From the NCBI RefSeq assembly GCF_000019345.1, contig NC_010503.1:1-32000 (forward strand): a stretch of 32,000 nucleotides of DNA. The letters run 5' to 3'. The stretch comes from Ureaplasma parvum serovar 3 str. ATCC 27815 (lineage in GTDB: Bacteria; Bacillota_I; Bacilli_A; Mycoplasmatales; Mycoplasmoidaceae). This document shows positions 29,794 through 32,000 of this stretch, piece after piece; the stretch's first letter is position 1, and every line of letters starts with the position of its first letter. Both the position numbers and the translations under genes were made by a program. Below the pieces are notes generated by a model that did no database searches, was not told where the DNA came from, and saw only the letters and a list, made by a program, of their open reading frames with translations.

Positions 29794-31914
29794 CTATAAT
29801 TTTAACTTTAATGAAATTTTTTGAGTAATTGTATCTATTTTATCAATATAAACATTAATATTTTTATTAACATGCAAATTATCTTCTTCACAATAGTTTG
29901 AAATATGTAACAATGCATCATTTTTTAAACCAATATCAATAAAACTACCAAACTCTGTTTGGTTACGAATTGTTCCTTGTACTAACATCCCTATTTTCAA
30001 GTTATTAATATCAACCATTTGTGAACGTAAAATAGGAATATCATAATCATCACGAACATCTTGTAAAGGATTTTTTAAGTTATTAATAATGTTTTCAATA
30101 GTATAAATATCTGTTTTTAGAATAGTAGTTAATTCATTAGGATTTAATTGATTTAAAACTTGATAATTATTTATTAATTTATTAATTGGTAATTGTAAAT
30201 ATTTACATAATTCATTAACAACTAGATATGCTTCTGGATGAATACTTGTTCTATCTAAAAAATTATTAGCATTATTAATTCGTAAAAAACCAGCGGCTTG
30301 CTCAAAAACTTTATCGGTAATGTAAGGAATGGTTTTTAATTGTTCACGATTTTCAATAAATTGATGTTTTTTAACATATTCAAAAATTTTTTTTGCACTT
30401 CGCTTATTTAAACCTGATACTTTAGACAACAAAGGAATTGAAGCAGTATTAACATCAACACCAACTTGATTAACACAATAATCAATACAAAAATCAACTT
30501 TTTGTTGAAGAATGTTTTTATTAATATCGTGTTGATATTGACCTACACCAATACTTTTTGGATCGATTTTTATTAATTCACTTAAAGGATCAATGATTCT
30601 TCGTGCAATACTAATTGCCGAACGTTTTTCAACACTTAAGTTAGGAAATTCTTCACTTGCAATTGATGATGCTGAATAAATTGAAGCACCATCTTCACTA
30701 ATTACACAATAATTAAGATTTAATTTGAATTCCTTAATTAAATCACTAATAAAAATTACACTTTCATTTGATGCTGTTCCATTGCCAATTGCTATTGTAT
30801 TAACTTCGTATTTATTAATTAAGGATATTAACGTATTTTTAGCTTGTGTAATTAATATCTGTGGTTTGTGAGGGTAAATAATATCAGTATGTAATAATTG
30901 ATTGTTTTTATTAACAATTGCTAATTTGCAACCATGCACATATCCTGGATCAAATCCTAAAACAACATGGCTTTTTAAAGGTTTTTGTAATAATAATTGT
31001 TGTAAATTATTACTAAAAATTTGTGCTGATTGTTGGTGAGCTTCCTCTAATTTTTCTTTGTAAACAGCATTTGAAACTGAAGGAATTAATAAACGATCAA
31101 AACCATCATTAACAGCTGATTTAATGTAGTCATAGCTGTTACTTTTGATTTTTCTAGTATATTTATTGACAGCAAAATCAATAAGAAATTCTTTTTTAAA
31201 ATCAAGTTTAAATGCAATGATTTTTAATTCATTAGCTCGATCAATAGCCATTAATTGATATGCTTTTAAATATTTAATTGGGCAACTAAACTCATAATAT
31301 AAAGCAAAGTTTTTAGTTGGGTCATTTGTTATTTTATTAATTCTTGTGATTAATTTAGCATGTTTGTTAATTGTTTCATAAAGCATTTCTCTTAAAGTTG
31401 TATCGTTAGCAACTTTTTGGGCAATAATATCACAAGCTCCAGCAATAGCTTCATCAACACTTAAAACTTGTTCATTTAAATATTGTTTTGCAACTTCTTT
31501 AATATTAGAATTAGGATTATTTTTTAATATTAATAATGCTAATGGTTCTAACCCTTTTTCAATGGCGATTGATGCTTTTGTTTTTTTATTTGAGGCATAA
31601 GGTTCATAAAGATTTTCAAGATCAACAAGCCGTTGACAATTATTAATTAATTCTAATAAGTCATTAGTTAATAAACCTTTTTGTTCTAAATTTTTAATAA
31701 TTACTTCTTTACGTTTATTTAATTTTGTAAGATATTCATATTCATGTGCAATTGCTTGAATTTGAAATTCATCCATATTGTTAGTCAAATGTTTACGATA
31801 TCTAGCAATGAATGCAATAGTATTATTATCAGCTAATAAATTCAAAACATTTGTTATATATTTTGCCTCAATTTTTAATTTTTGAACTAGTGTTTTAATA
31901 ATTAAATCAATCAT
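29794..31914 (-). CDS. tex: Tex-like transcription accessory protein (YqgF/HhH/S1 domains)
   Basis: N-terminal IAFIARYRK motif and C-terminal S1 domain (GMLVQGTIRNQTEFGSFIDIG). Strong AAAGGGGTG SD. Intact 706-aa ORF. Confidence 0.88.
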   Translation of the reverse strand: MIDLIIKTLVQKLKIEAKYITNVLNLLADNNTIAFIARYRKHLTNNMDEFQIQAIAHEYEYLTKLNKRKEVIIKNLEQKGLLTNDLLELINNCQRLVDLENLYEPYASNKKTKASIAIEKGLEPLALLILKNNPNSNIKEVAKQYLNEQVLSVDEAIAGACDIIAQKVANDTTLREMLYETINKHAKLITRINKITNDPTKNFALYYEFSCPIKYLKAYQLMAIDRANELKIIAFKLDFKKEFLIDFAVNKYTRKIKSNSYDYIKSAVNDGFDRLLIPSVSNAVYKEKLEEAHQQSAQIFSNNLQQLLLQKPLKSHVVLGFDPGYVHGCKLAIVNKNNQLLHTDIIYPHKPQILITQAKNTLISLINKYEVNTIAIGNGTASNESVIFISDLIKEFKLNLNYCVISEDGASIYSASSIASEEFPNLSVEKRSAISIARRIIDPLSELIKIDPKSIGVGQYQHDINKNILQQKVDFCIDYCVNQVGVDVNTASIPLLSKVSGLNKRSAKKIFEYVKKHQFIENREQLKTIPYITDKVFEQAAGFLRINNANNFLDRTSIHPEAYLVVNELCKYLQLPINKLINNYQVLNQLNPNELTTILKTDIYTIENIINNLKNPLQDVRDDYDIPILRSQMVDINNLKIGMLVQGTIRNQTEFGSFIDIGLKNDALLHISNYCEEDNLHVNKNINVYIDKIDTITQKISLKLKL

Positions 31915-32000
31915 TTTGCACCCCTTTTAGAATTAATAAATTATAAACTTTTGATAGTCAAAATTAGTTATGTTAATTTAAATGCTTTATAATTACTAAG

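Noticed and set aside
1-32000. Search for rRNA, tRNA, CRISPR repeats, IS/transposase, integrase, restriction-modification or toxin-antitoxin genes
   Set aside because: I recognised none. All long spacers (1401..1540, 8871..9094, 10646..11030, 17411..17580, 26741..26906, 27957..28055) are AT-rich and show no tRNA-like GC-rich arms or regularly spaced repeats. A covariance-model scan would be needed to exclude small RNAs.

Overview
Strongly AT-rich Mollicutes (Mycoplasma-type) chromosome segment that starts 26 nt upstream of dnaA. It must be read with genetic code 4 (TGA=Trp). By my count about 50 in-frame TGA codons sit inside recognisable protein families, and every gene I could trace ends in TAA or TAG. 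The standard-code ORF track therefore splits most genes. Stitched, I get 29 CDS. Eleven are on the + strand (27..8870): dnaA, rpmE, prfA, prmC, tsaC, rpiB, two tandem PQ-loop (SemiSWEET-like) membrane proteins, mgtE, rplJ, rplL. Eighteen are on the - strand (9095..31914): a BMP-family lipoprotein; a nucleoside-type ABC operon (BMP lipoprotein, tandem ATPase, permease, permease); tatD, mnmE, holB, tmk, an alpha/beta hydrolase; a FecCD-type cluster (three permeases and one lipoprotein, no ATPase); rpsB; two tandem lipoproteins; tex. I saw no rRNA, tRNA, CRISPR array, IS element or phage gene. This is mostly core genome. Best second-look items: (1) an ABC permease with a ~369-aa non-membrane, coiled-coil-like C-terminal domain that exists only under code 4; (2) the translationally coupled pair of divergent PQ-loop genes; (3) the three-permease, ATPase-less FecCD cluster, whose first permease has two compensating homopolymer frameshifts at its 5' end; (4) a conserved 20-nt leader block shared by the two BMP lipoprotein paralogs; (5) a convergent strand switch 9 kb from dnaA. 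All homology calls come from reading motifs by eye. No database search was run.
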